Assembly: GCA_903861145.1 (NCBI GenBank)
Contig: CAIOTH010000106.1
Span: 8,442 to 72,441 of the forward strand
Direction of reading: 5' to 3'
DNA: 64,000 nt
Source: an uncultured Bacteroidota bacterium
GTDB taxonomy: Bacteria > Bacteroidota > Bacteroidia > Chitinophagales > LD1
In this document: piece after piece, positions 38,245 through 49,067 of the stretch
Numbering within the stretch: position 1 is the first letter of the stretch
How the letters are laid out: the number at the start of each line of letters is the position of its first letter
Program-made: the position numbers and the translations under genes
The notes under the pieces: model-generated
Told to the model about the DNA's origin: nothing
The model's input: the letters and a program-made list of their open reading frames with translations, nothing else
The model's database searches: none

Positions 38245-38251
38245 GAAATAA

Positions 38252-39034
38252 ATGGATTTGAATTTTAAAGAATTTGGCACCGGTTTCCCAATCATCATTT
38301 TGCATGGTTTATTGGGCTCGCTTGATAACTGGCAAACTATAGCTAAGCGATTGGCTGAACTGCCTGCAGCACATTTTAAAGCTTATATTATTGACCAGCG
38401 TAATCATGGTAAATCGCCGCACAGCGATGAGTTTAGCTATGATTTGTTGGCGGGTGATATTCTTGATTTTTTCGAACAACATAACATTAGCAACGCGCAC
38501 ATTATTGGCCACTCTATGGGTGGAAAGGCCGCTATGAAGTTTGCGCTTGAGCACGGCAATAGGGTTGAAAAATTGATTGTAGTTGATATTTCCCCATCGG
38601 TTGCCGAGGATCATCATACCTATATTTTTGAAGCACTGAAATCTGCTAATGTTGCCAACGTTAGCAGGAGAGAAGATGTCGAGGCCGTGCTAAAGCAAAA
38701 GCTAGGCGATGACAAAACAACTATCCAATTTTTAATGAAGGGGTTGCAACGCGATGGGGCTGAAAAGAACCTTGAATGGAAATTTAACCTCGAGGCTCTT
38801 TGGAATCATTATGAAGAAATTAGGGATGGCATTACCGCTGCAAAGCCATTTACCGGGCCAACATTATTTATTAAAGGCTCAAAATCCGATTATATCAATG
38901 CCGGTAATTATCCGGAGATAGCTGAGTTGTTTCCGAACAATGAAATTGTGGAAATTGCCGGTGCCGGTCATTGGGTGCAGGCAGAAAAGCCCGATGAATT
39001 TTTAGGCGCAGCAATGAGCTTTTTGCTTGAATAA
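38252..39034 (+). CDS. Alpha/beta hydrolase (YbfF-like esterase)
   Basis: LHGLLGSLDNW, DQRNHGKS, GHSMGGK, AGHWVQAE. Confidence 0.9.
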   Translation: MDLNFKEFGTGFPIIILHGLLGSLDNWQTIAKRLAELPAAHFKAYIIDQRNHGKSPHSDEFSYDLLAGDILDFFEQHNISNAHIIGHSMGGKAAMKFALEHGNRVEKLIVVDISPSVAEDHHTYIFEALKSANVANVSRREDVEAVLKQKLGDDKTTIQFLMKGLQRDGAEKNLEWKFNLEALWNHYEEIRDGITAAKPFTGPTLFIKGSKSDYINAGNYPEIAELFPNNEIVEIAGAGHWVQAEKPDEFLGAAMSFLLE

Positions 39035-39101
39035 GATGTTCTTATTTGCTATGTCTCTTTAATCGCACAAATTTTTACATTTGCCACTCAAAATATAAAA
39101 A

Positions 39102-40163
39102 ATGAAGATAGACGATATTGTAACCCTGCTAGGCGATGAAAAGGCCAATTACCTGCTAAATCATACCTCAAACACTATATCTAAAGATCAATTACACTTA
39201 CCAAAAGGTAGTTTTATTGACGATATTTGGAAAGATTCTAACCGCAGTATCAATGTATTGCGCAACCTTTCTGCCATTGCAAACCATGGCCGATTAGGTG
39301 GAACAGGTTATGTTTCCATTCTCCCGGTAGACCAGGGTATTGAGCATAGTGCAGGGGCTTCTTTTGCGCCTAATGTGCCGATGTTTGATGCTGATAACAT
39401 CGTAAATCTGGCCATTGAGGGTGGATGTAATGCGGTAGCTTCAACTTACGGCGTGTTGGGCATTGTTGCCCGTAAATACGCGCATAGAATTCCGTTTATT
39501 GTAAAAATCAACCATAACGAGTTCTTAAGCTACCCAAATAGCTACGACCAAATCATGTTCGGCACCATTAAAGATGCATGGAATATGGGGGCAGCGGCTG
39601 TTGGTGCTACTATTTATTTCGGAAGTGAAGAATCAAAACGCCAGATTGTTGAAGTAGCCAAGGCTTTTGAATATGCACACGAGTTAGGTATGGCTACGGT
39701 ATTGTGGTGCTACCTGCGCAACTCTGCATTTAAAAAGGATGGTGTTGATTATTCAGTAGCAGCAGATTTAACCGGCCAGGCAAATCATTTAGGTGTTACT
39801 ATACAAGCCGATATCATTAAGCAAAAATTACCTGAAAACAACGGTGGGTATACTGCGCTTAACTTCGGCAAAACCGATAAACGCGTTTATTCGCAATTAA
39901 CCACCGACCATCCTATCGACCTTTGCCGTTACCAAGTGGCTAATTGTTACATGGGCCGTGTAGGTTTAATTAACTCGGGCGGTGCATCATCAGGCGCAAC
40001 TGATTTGGCTGATGCAGTAACAACTGCTATCATCAACAAACGCGCTGGTGGCATGGGTTTAATTTCGGGCCGTAAGGCTTTCCAGCGTCCTTTAAAAGAA
40101 GGTGTGGCCTTATTGAATGCCATACAGGATGTATACCTGAATAAAAAGGTTACTATTGCTTAA
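39102..40163 (+). CDS. fbaB: Class I fructose-bisphosphate aldolase (DhnA type)
   Basis: [37 protein letters not shown] promoter element at 39076. Confidence 0.95.
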   Translation: MKIDDIVTLLGDEKANYLLNHTSNTISKDQLHLPKGSFIDDIWKDSNRSINVLRNLSAIANHGRLGGTGYVSILPVDQGIEHSAGASFAPNVPMFDADNIVNLAIEGGCNAVASTYGVLGIVARKYAHRIPFIVKINHNEFLSYPNSYDQIMFGTIKDAWNMGAAAVGATIYFGSEESKRQIVEVAKAFEYAHELGMATVLWCYLRNSAFKKDGVDYSVAADLTGQANHLGVTIQADIIKQKLPENNGGYTALNFGKTDKRVYSQLTTDHPIDLCRYQVANCYMGRVGLINSGGASSGATDLADAVTTAIINKRAGGMGLISGRKAFQRPLKEGVALLNAIQDVYLNKKVTIA

Positions 40164-40206
40164 TAAGCTTTGGGCCTGATTTTTTGCCCTAAGCAAAAAC
40201 AATAAA

Positions 40207-41064
40207 ATGGAAGAAAAAATTCCATGGTGGAAACGGTTTCGTAAGGGAGTTCAGACTACAACTGAAGAGAAGAAAGAAACGCCCGAAGGAGTTTGGCATA
40301 AATGCCAGAACTGTAAAAGCACCATGCTTGTAACCAAGCTGAAGGAGAACCTGCACGTTTGTCCTGAATGTAACTATCACGAGCGCATTGATGCTGAAGA
40401 ATACTTCAACATTATTTTTGAAGAGCACAAATATGCCGAGCTTTTTGATGACCTGATACCGGTTGACTTTTTGCATTTTACGGATTTGAAACCGTATGAG
40501 CGAAGAATTGAAGAGGCAATGGACTCAACCGGTTTAAAAGATGCAATGCGCGTTGCCGTGGGTGCCTGTGGCGAACATCGGTTATTGGTAGCTGCAATGG
40601 ACTTTAGTTTTATTGCAGGCTCATTAGGCTCGGTAATGGGGGAGAAGATTTCACGTTCAATAGATTATTGCCTTGAGCATAAAGTGCCCTTGATTATAAT
40701 TTCGAAATCGGGCGGGGCACGTATGATGGAGTCGGCATTTTCATTAATGCAGATGGCAAAAACATCGGCTAAATTAAATCTGCTCGTCGATGCTAAAATT
40801 CCTTTTATCAGTTTAATGACCAACCCAACTACCGGTGGTGTTACTGCATCGTTTGCCATGTTAGGCGATTTTAATATTGCTGAACCCGGTGCCTTGATTG
40901 GCTTTGCCGGCCCGCGTGTAATTGAGGAGACCATTAAGAAAAAGCTGCCCGAAGGTTTTCAAACTTCGGAGTTTCAATTAGAGAACGGATTTCTTGACTT
41001 TATAGTTGACCGCAAACAATTGAGAGATAAATTGCAGGTGCTTTTGGCGTTGGTAGAGAACTAA
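40207..41064 (+). CDS. accD: Acetyl-CoA carboxylase carboxyltransferase beta subunit
   Basis: Zn finger CxxC...CPEC, SGGARMME, PTTGGVTASF, IGFAGPRVI. Confidence 0.96.
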   Translation: MEEKIPWWKRFRKGVQTTTEEKKETPEGVWHKCQNCKSTMLVTKLKENLHVCPECNYHERIDAEEYFNIIFEEHKYAELFDDLIPVDFLHFTDLKPYERRIEEAMDSTGLKDAMRVAVGACGEHRLLVAAMDFSFIAGSLGSVMGEKISRSIDYCLEHKVPLIIISKSGGARMMESAFSLMQMAKTSAKLNLLVDAKIPFISLMTNPTTGGVTASFAMLGDFNIAEPGALIGFAGPRVIEETIKKKLPEGFQTSEFQLENGFLDFIVDRKQLRDKLQVLLALVEN

Positions 41065-41066
41065 GG

Positions 41067-41135
41067 GTGATACCCCCCCTGGAACATAATTTATTGATAA
41101 TCAATATTTTGTATTTTAAAATGATACCCCCCCTG
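41067..41135. repeat. G-box/IHF-consensus module, copy 2
   Basis: Exact 14-bp direct repeat TGATACCCCCCCTG at 41068 and 41122 around back-to-back IHF-consensus sites (41087-41111). Confidence 0.8.
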
Positions 41136-41233
41136 TCATTTAAACGCAAAACCTTTAGTTTAAACTTTTCAGATTCGGTTTGGCTTTAATAGTTTTCTAA
41201 TAGGTGAGCTAAAGCAGGCGGCAATATAGACTA

Positions 41234-42178
41234 ATGAAACGTTTACTATTTACTTTCGTAGCCATAGTTATTGTGCTTGGTTTGCTTGAGGTGACCTCTC
41301 GGCTGATTTTGAACCAGGTTTACAACCGTAAATTCGACTCATCTCTAATAGTTGACAATAAGTATTTTACTTCCTCCGGCCTTAAAGAAAATGCTACCGG
41401 TTATGTTTGGGGTAAGCTATTTCATACAGATGAATTTGGTTGCAGAAAAAGCCCGGTGACTTATGCTCCTAAAAAGAAGAAATGGCTTTTTATTGGTGAC
41501 TCCGTAACGGAGGGGGTAGGAGTGGAGGATTCATCAACATTTGCGGCATTGGTGGCTAAGCATGTTGATTCCATGAATATCATGAATTACTCACTTATTG
41601 GTTATGGCGATGGTGATTATTTAAATGTAATGAAAACTCTGTTGGCCGCGCCCGATACCACAGTTAACAGGGTTACTATTTTTTTCTGCCTTAACGATGT
41701 TTATGGCATGCCCAAATCAACACTGCCACCGGTAATTTCCCGGCAGAATATACTAGGCAGGATTAACGGTTTGTTGCAGGATAGATATGCGACTTATAAA
41801 TTAATAAAGTTGCTTGTTTACCAGAATACTGACCGGTATTTTAGGTTTGACGCCCACTTATATAGCGCCGATGGTTTGTTTTTCAAGCGTTCGATGATTT
41901 ATTTAATGCAGTGCAGTGATGTTTGTAACATAAGAGGTGTAAAAATGGATGTGGTGATGCTGCCTTATCGTTCACAGTTAAATAACCCCGATAATGGGGT
42001 TCATAATCCGCAAAACATGGTTAAGGAGTTTTGCTTAAAGAATGGAATTTCCTTTTATGACCCAATTGACTTTTGCTCAAAAGACAACAATCCTCAAAAA
42101 TTATACCTTTTAGCCGATGAAATTCACTTTTCGGAGGAGGGGCATAAAACGATTGCGCGCTATATTCTTTCGCATTAG
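41234..42178 (+). CDS. Membrane-anchored SGNH/GDSL hydrolase
   Basis: N-terminal TM, FIGDSVT, CLNDV, ADEIHFSEEGH. Confidence 0.82.
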   Translation: MKRLLFTFVAIVIVLGLLEVTSRLILNQVYNRKFDSSLIVDNKYFTSSGLKENATGYVWGKLFHTDEFGCRKSPVTYAPKKKKWLFIGDSVTEGVGVEDSSTFAALVAKHVDSMNIMNYSLIGYGDGDYLNVMKTLLAAPDTTVNRVTIFFCLNDVYGMPKSTLPPVISRQNILGRINGLLQDRYATYKLIKLLVYQNTDRYFRFDAHLYSADGLFFKRSMIYLMQCSDVCNIRGVKMDVVMLPYRSQLNNPDNGVHNPQNMVKEFCLKNGISFYDPIDFCSKDNNPQKLYLLADEIHFSEEGHKTIARYILSH

Positions 42179-42211
42179 CAGTTATATTTGCTACTCAGGA
42201 AAAACAAGATT

Positions 42212-43198
42212 ATGACTGAAATTAGAAACGACTGGACACTTGATGAAATAAAGGCGATTTACAACCAACCGGTACTTGAATTGATTTTTAAGGCGGCTAC
42301 CATTCATAAAAAATACCAGGCCACAGGCGAGGTGCAGGTGTGCACATTGCTTTCGGTTAAAACAGGCGGGTGTTCGGAAGATTGCGCTTATTGCCCTCAG
42401 GCGGCACGTTATAGTACTGGTGTTGATGCGCACAAATTGATGACCTACGAACAGGTAGTTGATAAAGCGCTTGATGCAAAAAATGGCGGCTCAACCCGCT
42501 TTTGTATGGGTGCTGCATGGCGCAACGTGCGCGATAACTCGGACTTTGATAAGGTGATAGATATGGTGAAGGGCGTTAACGCCCTTGGTCTTGAAGTTTG
42601 CTGCACCTTGGGTATGTTGACAGAGGATCAGGCTGCACGCTTAAAAGAAGCTGGTTTGTATGCTTACAACCACAACCTCGATACATCAGAAGAGAAATAC
42701 GATGATATTATTACCACCCGCACTTATAATGACAGGTTGGAGACATTGAACAACGTTGAAAAAGCAGGGTTAAGTGTTTGCTGTGGTGGTATCATTGGCA
42801 TGGGCGAAACTGACGACGACCGGATAAAATTGTTGCATACGCTGGCTACACGGCCACTGCATCCTGAGTCCGTGCCTGTTAATGCCCTGGTATCAGTAAA
42901 AGGAACACCACTTGAAGGACGTGAGCGCGTTAAGGTTTGGGAAATGGTGCGCATGATTGCCACAGCGCGCATTTTAATGCCTAAGGCTATGGTAAGGCTA
43001 TCGGCAGGAAGAAATGAAATGAGTTATGAGCAGCAAGCACTTTGCTTTTTGGCCGGTGCAAACTCCATATTTACCGGTGAGAAGTTGTTGACTACTCCAA
43101 ACCCTGATTTTGATGCTGACCGCGAGATGTTTGAACTGCTTGGCCTTAAACCGCGCGAGTCTTTCAAGGTTGAAAAGCAAGAGGCGGTTGCTAACTAA
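42212..43198 (+). CDS. bioB: Biotin synthase
   Basis: [31 protein letters not shown] at 42183 supports ATG 42212. Confidence 0.97.
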   Translation: MTEIRNDWTLDEIKAIYNQPVLELIFKAATIHKKYQATGEVQVCTLLSVKTGGCSEDCAYCPQAARYSTGVDAHKLMTYEQVVDKALDAKNGGSTRFCMGAAWRNVRDNSDFDKVIDMVKGVNALGLEVCCTLGMLTEDQAARLKEAGLYAYNHNLDTSEEKYDDIITTRTYNDRLETLNNVEKAGLSVCCGGIIGMGETDDDRIKLLHTLATRPLHPESVPVNALVSVKGTPLEGRERVKVWEMVRMIATARILMPKAMVRLSAGRNEMSYEQQALCFLAGANSIFTGEKLLTTPNPDFDADREMFELLGLKPRESFKVEKQEAVAN

Positions 43199-43224
43199 AC
43201 GCTGTGGCTAACCAGCTGCGGTAA

Positions 43225-44361
43225 ATGCTAATGAGCACTTCTATACAACAATACATTGCGGATAAACTTGAACAACGAAAGCAGGAGAATAACTTTCGTT
43301 CCCTCAAAATAATTACCGGCCTTACTGATTTTTACTCGAATGACTACCTGGGCTTTGCGCGCGATGAGGAATTGAAACGGCGGGTTGAAGCCGAAGTTAA
43401 ATCTGCAGGAGAGTATTTGCTGGGCAGTACCGGTTCAAGATTACTTTCCGGTAACAGCGAATATGCTGAATCGGTTGAGCGCTTTTTAGCAGAATTTTAT
43501 GGGGCGGAATCGGCCCTGATATTCAATTCGGGCTTTGATGCCAATTATGGCTTGCTTTCAACATTGCCTTACCGGGGAGATACCATTATTTATGACGAAC
43601 TGGTGCATGCATCTATCCATGATGGAATTCGCAATAGTCGCGCTGGCTCAATTGGTTTTGGCCACAACAACGTAAGTGATTTAGAAAGTAAATTGATGGC
43701 TGCTACCGGCTTAAAATATGTGGTGGTTGAGTCGGTTTACTCGATGGATGGTGATTTTGCCCCCTTAGAAGCTATTGCGGCATTATGCCAAAAATATAAG
43801 GCAGGTTTAATTGTTGATGAGGCACATGCAGTAGGTATTTCGGGCGAGCATGGCAAAGGAGTGGTTTGCGATTTGAAGCTGGAAAATGAGTGTCTGGCAC
43901 GAATCAATACATTTGGTAAGGCGGTTGGCGCACATGGCGCTGTAGTGCTTTGCAATGACGATTTAAAGGTGTTTATGATTAATTACTGCCGCCCGTTTAT
44001 TTATTCTACATCGCTGCCTTTTCATTCGCTGGCAACCATAAAATGTGCCCACCAATTTTTGTTAGAGGCTGATAACCGCAGAGCGGATTTATCGGCACTG
44101 ATTGATGCTTTCCGGAATCAATTTAAAGGACAAACCAAATATGCTTTAACCGTAGGCAATAGCCCAATTCAGTCGTTAATTGTGGTGGGTAATGAACGGG
44201 TTAAGCAAATAGCCCAGCAAATACAGCACGCAGGTTTTGATGTAAGGGCGATACTTTACCCCACCGTAGCGCGCGGAAAAGAAAGAATACGAATTTGCAT
44301 ACATAGTTTTAATTCGAAGCAGGAAGTGATTAAACTTGCTGAAGTAATTAACTCATTGTAA
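43225..44361 (+). CDS. bioF: 8-amino-7-oxononanoate synthase
   Basis: SNDYLG, GSTGSRLLSG, ESVYSMDGD, VDEAH, TFGKA. Confidence 0.93.
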   Translation: MLMSTSIQQYIADKLEQRKQENNFRSLKIITGLTDFYSNDYLGFARDEELKRRVEAEVKSAGEYLLGSTGSRLLSGNSEYAESVERFLAEFYGAESALIFNSGFDANYGLLSTLPYRGDTIIYDELVHASIHDGIRNSRAGSIGFGHNNVSDLESKLMAATGLKYVVVESVYSMDGDFAPLEAIAALCQKYKAGLIVDEAHAVGISGEHGKGVVCDLKLENECLARINTFGKAVGAHGAVVLCNDDLKVFMINYCRPFIYSTSLPFHSLATIKCAHQFLLEADNRRADLSALIDAFRNQFKGQTKYALTVGNSPIQSLIVVGNERVKQIAQQIQHAGFDVRAILYPTVARGKERIRICIHSFNSKQEVIKLAEVINSL

Positions 44362-45005
44362 TGCAGCAACTGCCCAAAAGTATTTTTGTAACCGGTATTG
44401 GTACCGGGGTAGGCAAAACCGTTGTCTCATCGGTATTGGTTGAAACCTTGCAGGCCGATTACTGGAAGCCCATACAGTGCGGTAATTTGGAGCACAGCGA
44501 TTCAGTGGTTGTGCAATCTTTAATTACAAATGTTGTAACCACTATCCATCCCGAAACTTATCGGCTTAAAACGGCGTCATCTCCACATTACGCCGCAAAA
44601 ATTGAAGGTGTAGAAATTGATATTGAAAAATGCACCGCTCCGCTAGCCGAAGGCCATTTGATTATAGAAGGAGCAGGTGGCTTGATGGTTCCGCTTAACG
44701 GCCATGAGTGTGTGGTTGATTTAATAAGCGCTTTGGAAGTCCCGGTAGTACTTGTTTGCCGTAATTATTTGGGTAGCATTAACCACACATTACTTAGCAT
44801 TGAGTTATTGAGGCAAGAGGGAATAAAATTGTTGGGTTTGATCTATAGCGGCGATAACTTTTTAGATAACGAAGAGGTTATAGAGCAATTTAGCCAGGTT
44901 AGAATGCTTGGCAGAATTGATGAGTCAAAAATCATTGACAAGGATTTTGTACATCAACAGGCTACCTATTTACGAATGTCGCTTTCAAAATATTATTTGC
45001 TTTGA
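44361..45005 (+). CDS. bioD: Dethiobiotin synthase
   Basis: VTGIGTGVGKT, YWKPIQ, EGAGGLMVP, LGSINHTLL. Confidence 0.95.
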   Translation: MQQLPKSIFVTGIGTGVGKTVVSSVLVETLQADYWKPIQCGNLEHSDSVVVQSLITNVVTTIHPETYRLKTASSPHYAAKIEGVEIDIEKCTAPLAEGHLIIEGAGGLMVPLNGHECVVDLISALEVPVVLVCRNYLGSINHTLLSIELLRQEGIKLLGLIYSGDNFLDNEEVIEQFSQVRMLGRIDESKIIDKDFVHQQATYLRMSLSKYYLL

Positions 45006-46285
45006 GTTCTTCACTACAAAACCGCGACCGTGATTTTATATGGCACCCTTACACGCAAATGAAGGACGCTTTGCCATTTGTGCCCATGGTGAGGGGCGAA
45101 GGAAGTTATTTGTACGATGAAGCCGGTAATCAGTACATAGACGCAGTTTCGAGCTGGTGGACGAATATACACGGCCACGCGGATCCTGATATAGCAGCTG
45201 CCATATACGCGCAAGCTCAAAAATTAGAGCAGGTTATTTTTGCCGGCTTTACGCACCAACCTGCAATTGAACTAGCAGAGAAACTTTTGAAGCGAATTCC
45301 TTTCCACAACAAAGTTTTCTATTCAGATAATGGTTCAACTGCGGTAGAGGTTGCTATTAAAATGGCTTTGCAATTTTATTGGAATAAAGGCGAGGAGCGA
45401 AGCAAGGTTATTGCATTTAAAGATGCCTACCATGGCGATACATTTGGTGCAATGAGCGTTAGCGCACGGGGTGTTTTTACCGCACCCTTTCAAAATTTGT
45501 TGTTTGATGTAGAGTTTATTCCAACACCAACACCCGGTAACGAACAATTGGCTATTGATGAGTTGAAGGCACTTATTGAACGCTACGGCAAATCAAGCAT
45601 AGCCGGGTTTATTTTTGAACCGTTGGTGCTGGGCTCGGGAGGCATGCTAATGTATTCCGAAAAGGTACTGGATGAAATGATTGGCATTTGTAAGGCCCAC
45701 AGTATTATTACCATAGCCGATGAGGTGATGACTGGTTTTGGCCGCACCGGGAAATTTCTGGCTACAGATTATTGCCAGAATAAACCGGATATAATTTGTT
45801 TGTCGAAAGGAATTACCGGTGGATTTTTGCCTTTTGCAGCAACTACATGCACCGCTGGGATTTATGAAGCCTTTCTTTCGAACGACAAGGCCAAAATGTT
45901 TTTTCACGGTCATAGTTACACCGCTAACCCTCTGGGTTGTGCTGCGGGTATCGCCAGTCTAACTTTGTTTGAATCTGATAATACTTTTGATAAGATTACC
46001 CAAATAGATCAATGGCATAGCAAGTTTGAATCTGAAATTAGAGAGAATGCTTTTGTAAGCGATGTTCGCCATCGGGGGACAATTCTAGCAATAGAATTAA
46101 AAACAGATGATGGCGGTTACCTCAACAATATCCGCGATAGGGCTTACCTGTTTTTTATGGACAGAAAAGTGATACTGCGACCCTTGGGGCATATTATTTA
46201 CATATTGCCGCCATACTGTATCTCAGAGGCTGATATGCAAAAAGTATATTCGGTAATCAGAGATTTTCTCGCCAGTTTACCGTGA
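45002..46285 (+). CDS. bioA: Adenosylmethionine-8-amino-7-oxononanoate transaminase
   Basis: IWHPYTQ, SSWW, DEVMTGFGRTG, LSKGITGG, HGHSYTANP. TTG start overlaps the bioD stop. Confidence 0.95.
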   Translation: MSSSLQNRDRDFIWHPYTQMKDALPFVPMVRGEGSYLYDEAGNQYIDAVSSWWTNIHGHADPDIAAAIYAQAQKLEQVIFAGFTHQPAIELAEKLLKRIPFHNKVFYSDNGSTAVEVAIKMALQFYWNKGEERSKVIAFKDAYHGDTFGAMSVSARGVFTAPFQNLLFDVEFIPTPTPGNEQLAIDELKALIERYGKSSIAGFIFEPLVLGSGGMLMYSEKVLDEMIGICKAHSIITIADEVMTGFGRTGKFLATDYCQNKPDIICLSKGITGGFLPFAATTCTAGIYEAFLSNDKAKMFFHGHSYTANPLGCAAGIASLTLFESDNTFDKITQIDQWHSKFESEIRENAFVSDVRHRGTILAIELKTDDGGYLNNIRDRAYLFFMDRKVILRPLGHIIYILPPYCISEADMQKVYSVIRDFLASLP

Positions 46286-46439
46286 GTTATCATCTACGAT
46301 AATAAACTTTCAGCTTAAGCGTTTCGTTGGTTCGGGTGTTAAAGTGCTTTAAAAGCCCTTGGGCTTAAACGAATTATTCATTTATTTAACTGTGTTTCCT
46401 AAAGCTTTCTTCGGTATAAATGTTGGTTATATTCGCGGC

Positions 46440-47162
46440 ATGAAGTTCGCCAGAACTGCAATTTTGCTTGCATTTGTGTTTTCATATTGCTCATCTTTTT
46501 CCCAGTCGAACCCTGTGAGGCTAAAGATATCGGTGTTCGATAATTATTCTAAACGGGCACTTGCCGGGGTTAATTTTATCGACCCTAAAATAAGTGCCAC
46601 TTTTGCCAGCGACGCCAGTGGATACGCCGAACGTACTGTTAACTGGCACGATACACTTTTTGTATTTTTCCCCGGTTATAAAACCATCCAGATTTCAGTT
46701 TCAGATTCTGCATATAAGAGTGAATATGCCTTGTTCATTTTCCTTAGTCCCTTTGCTATCGGATTACATGATGTAATTATTAAAGCGCCAAAGACACTCG
46801 AGCAAATTGAAGAGGAGAGGAAGAAGCTAGGCATAACCCCGAAAGAATTGGAACGGCCAAAACTGGAGCCTTTTTCGAGCCCGATAAGTGCTTTGTATGA
46901 AGTTTTTAGCGCCCGTGCTAAAGAGCGTGAGAAATTAAAAGGCCAGATAGCGGAAGACGACCGGCAGAAAGTGTTTAAAGAATTGTTGACTTACTACAAT
47001 GAAAGGAAACTGATAGACCTTCCCGAAAGCCATTACAACGACTTTATTAAGTTTTGTAACCTACCGGCGGATTATTTAAAGACCCATTCGGATTACGAGA
47101 TTATGACCTCTGTTACCACTTACTACAAAAAATACATCAGGTTGAGTGGCCTGGAAAAGTAA
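46440..47162 (+). CDS. Secreted hypothetical protein with CarboxypepD_reg-like N-terminus
   Basis: Signal peptide from ATG 46440, SDASGY...DTLFVFFPGYKT, SPISALY motif. Confidence 0.65.
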   Translation: MKFARTAILLAFVFSYCSSFSQSNPVRLKISVFDNYSKRALAGVNFIDPKISATFASDASGYAERTVNWHDTLFVFFPGYKTIQISVSDSAYKSEYALFIFLSPFAIGLHDVIIKAPKTLEQIEEERKKLGITPKELERPKLEPFSSPISALYEVFSARAKEREKLKGQIAEDDRQKVFKELLTYYNERKLIDLPESHYNDFIKFCNLPADYLKTHSDYEIMTSVTTYYKKYIRLSGLEK

Positions 47163-47171
47163 AAGCACCCT

Positions 47172-47597
47172 TTACAAAAAGCTGTCTATGGCCAGTACGT
47201 AACTTTCTAAGCCAAAACCTGCAATAATGCCTTTACAAACTCCGCTGAGTAGTGAGTTATGCCTGAATTCTTCGCGCGAATAGGGATTACTGATATGAAC
47301 TTCTACCACAGGGGTTTTTATAGCAGCAATGGCATCACGCAGGGCTACGCTTGTATGGGTATAGCCGCCTGCATTAAATATAATACCATGGTAACTAAAT
47401 CCAACCTCATGTATTTTGTTGATAAGCTCTCCCTCAACATTGCTTTGATATTGACTAAGCTGAACTTCGGCGCTATATACCTCTCTTATCTCTGCAAAAA
47501 AATCTTCAAAGCTAATGTTGCCGTATACATCTGGCTCACGCTTGCCAATCAAATTAAGATTAGGGCCATTAATGATGATTATTTTCTTTGTGCTCAT
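47172..47597 (-). CDS. aroQ: Type II 3-dehydroquinate dehydratase
   Basis: INGPNLNLIGKREP, NAGGYTHTS, EVHISN. Confidence 0.96.
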   Translation of the reverse strand: MSTKKIIIINGPNLNLIGKREPDVYGNISFEDFFAEIREVYSAEVQLSQYQSNVEGELINKIHEVGFSYHGIIFNAGGYTHTSVALRDAIAAIKTPVVEVHISNPYSREEFRHNSLLSGVCKGIIAGFGLESYVLAIDSFL

Positions 47598-47659
47598 ATT
47601 TTAGGATTAGATTCCAATTTCGAAACCAAAATTGTAGAATTTTAATTTAGCAATCGGTA

Positions 47660-48562
47660 ATGTCGTGGCAATCTTACATAAAAGGTTTTAAAAGCTATTT
47701 GCAGTTAGAGAAATCTCTGTCGGCTAATTCTATTGAAGCCTACCAGCACGATATTGGCAAATTGGTTAATTATATGGAAGCTGAAAAGCTTTTACTGAAT
47801 GTTGACGAAGTTAAAATTGAACATCTTGAGGGTTTTGTAAAAGCTATCCACGAGTTGGGCTTTGATGCTCACTCGCAGGCGCGGATTATATCGGGCATAC
47901 GGGCGTTTTATAAGTATTTAATGGTGGAGGATATTGTTTCAGTAAACCCTGCTGAGTTGCTTTCGGCCCCCAAGCTGGCCAGAAAGCTGCCCGATACGCT
48001 TTCGATAGAGGAAATAAATGCATTGCTTAACTCGATTGATTTAAGCACCCCCGAGGGTACCCGCAACCGGGCCATGTTGGAGGTTTTGTATAGTTCGGGC
48101 TTGCGGGTTAGCGAGTTGGTTAATCTTAAAATATCGAGCCTGTTTTTGGATGTTGAGTTTATTAAGGTAATAGGTAAAGGCGATAAAGAGCGTTTGGTGC
48201 CCATAGGCTCGCAGGCTATTAAGCAAATAAGGATTTACCAGGATAATGTGCGGGTGCATGTGCCCATACAAAAAGGAGAGGAGGATATGCTGTTTTTAAA
48301 CCGCAGGGGCAAGCGCTTAACCCGCATGTATGTTTTTACTGTGATTAAGTCCTGTGCCGAAAAAATAGGCTTGCAAAAGGTAATATCGCCACACACATTC
48401 CGCCACTCGTTTGCTACGCACTTAATTGAGGGCGGTGCGGATTTACGTGCTGTGCAAGAAATGCTGGGCCACGCATCTATCACTACTACCGAAATTTATA
48501 CGCATTTAGACCGCGATTATCTGCGCAGCACTATCATGCAGTTTCATCCTAGATATAAGTAA
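47660..48562 (+). CDS. xerD: Site-specific tyrosine recombinase XerD
   Basis: GLRVSEL, GKGDKER, SPHTFRHSFATH, LGHASITTTEIYTH, FHPR. Confidence 0.92.
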   Translation: MSWQSYIKGFKSYLQLEKSLSANSIEAYQHDIGKLVNYMEAEKLLLNVDEVKIEHLEGFVKAIHELGFDAHSQARIISGIRAFYKYLMVEDIVSVNPAELLSAPKLARKLPDTLSIEEINALLNSIDLSTPEGTRNRAMLEVLYSSGLRVSELVNLKISSLFLDVEFIKVIGKGDKERLVPIGSQAIKQIRIYQDNVRVHVPIQKGEEDMLFLNRRGKRLTRMYVFTVIKSCAEKIGLQKVISPHTFRHSFATHLIEGGADLRAVQEMLGHASITTTEIYTHLDRDYLRSTIMQFHPRYK

Positions 48563-48572
48563 AGCGGCGGGA

Positions 48573-48923
48573 TTATTTAAGCAAGCGCTCAATCAAGTGT
48601 ACCACCACCTTTTCAAACTGGCTGTGGTTGCCGGGAGTGTTTAGCAGGGCCTCTAAATCATTTTTTACTTTGGCTTTGCTTTCGGGTGTAGAAAGGTAAT
48701 GGCTTTTGTAGTCGTCAATAACCTCAATGGCTTCAGCATCCGAAATACTGTCAACCTTCTTCTTTATCTTTTCAATATCCTGTATGCCGGTTCTTGTTTT
48801 AATAAAGTCCAGCTCCTCACCGGTAAGTTCCTGGTTCATTTCGGCACCATAAACCATTAAAAAAGCCAGAAATTCGTTATAGCTCCAGTTATTATTAATT
48901 GTTGTTGCAGAGTCTTTAGGCAT
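48573..48923 (-). CDS. Hypothetical helical protein (TerB-like)
   Basis: NWSYNEFLAFLMVYGA...EELDFIK, fills the gap between xerD and the secG terminator. Confidence 0.55.
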   Translation of the reverse strand: MPKDSATTINNNWSYNEFLAFLMVYGAEMNQELTGEELDFIKTRTGIQDIEKIKKKVDSISDAEAIEVIDDYKSHYLSTPESKAKVKNDLEALLNTPGNHSQFEKVVVHLIERLLK

Positions 48924-49016
48924 ATGGTTGGGATTTTAAAGTGCCTTTACGCAATATTAAGTGCAAAATACAAATTATATGGCTTAGCCGGTTATTGTCG
49001 TAAAGATACCATAAAC

Positions 49017-49045
49017 AAAAACAGCTACCTAAAGGTAGCTGTTTT
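49017..49045 (-). terminator. Intrinsic terminator of secG
   Basis: AAAACAGCTACCT / AGGTAGCTGTTTT hairpin with a T tail on the minus strand. Confidence 0.8.
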
Positions 49046-49067
49046 GATATAAGCTTATATACCGGGA

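Noticed and set aside
47660-48562. Tyrosine recombinase as an integrase of a mobile island
   Set aside because: Sequence and the aroQ neighbourhood fit housekeeping XerD. No att repeats or cargo flank it.
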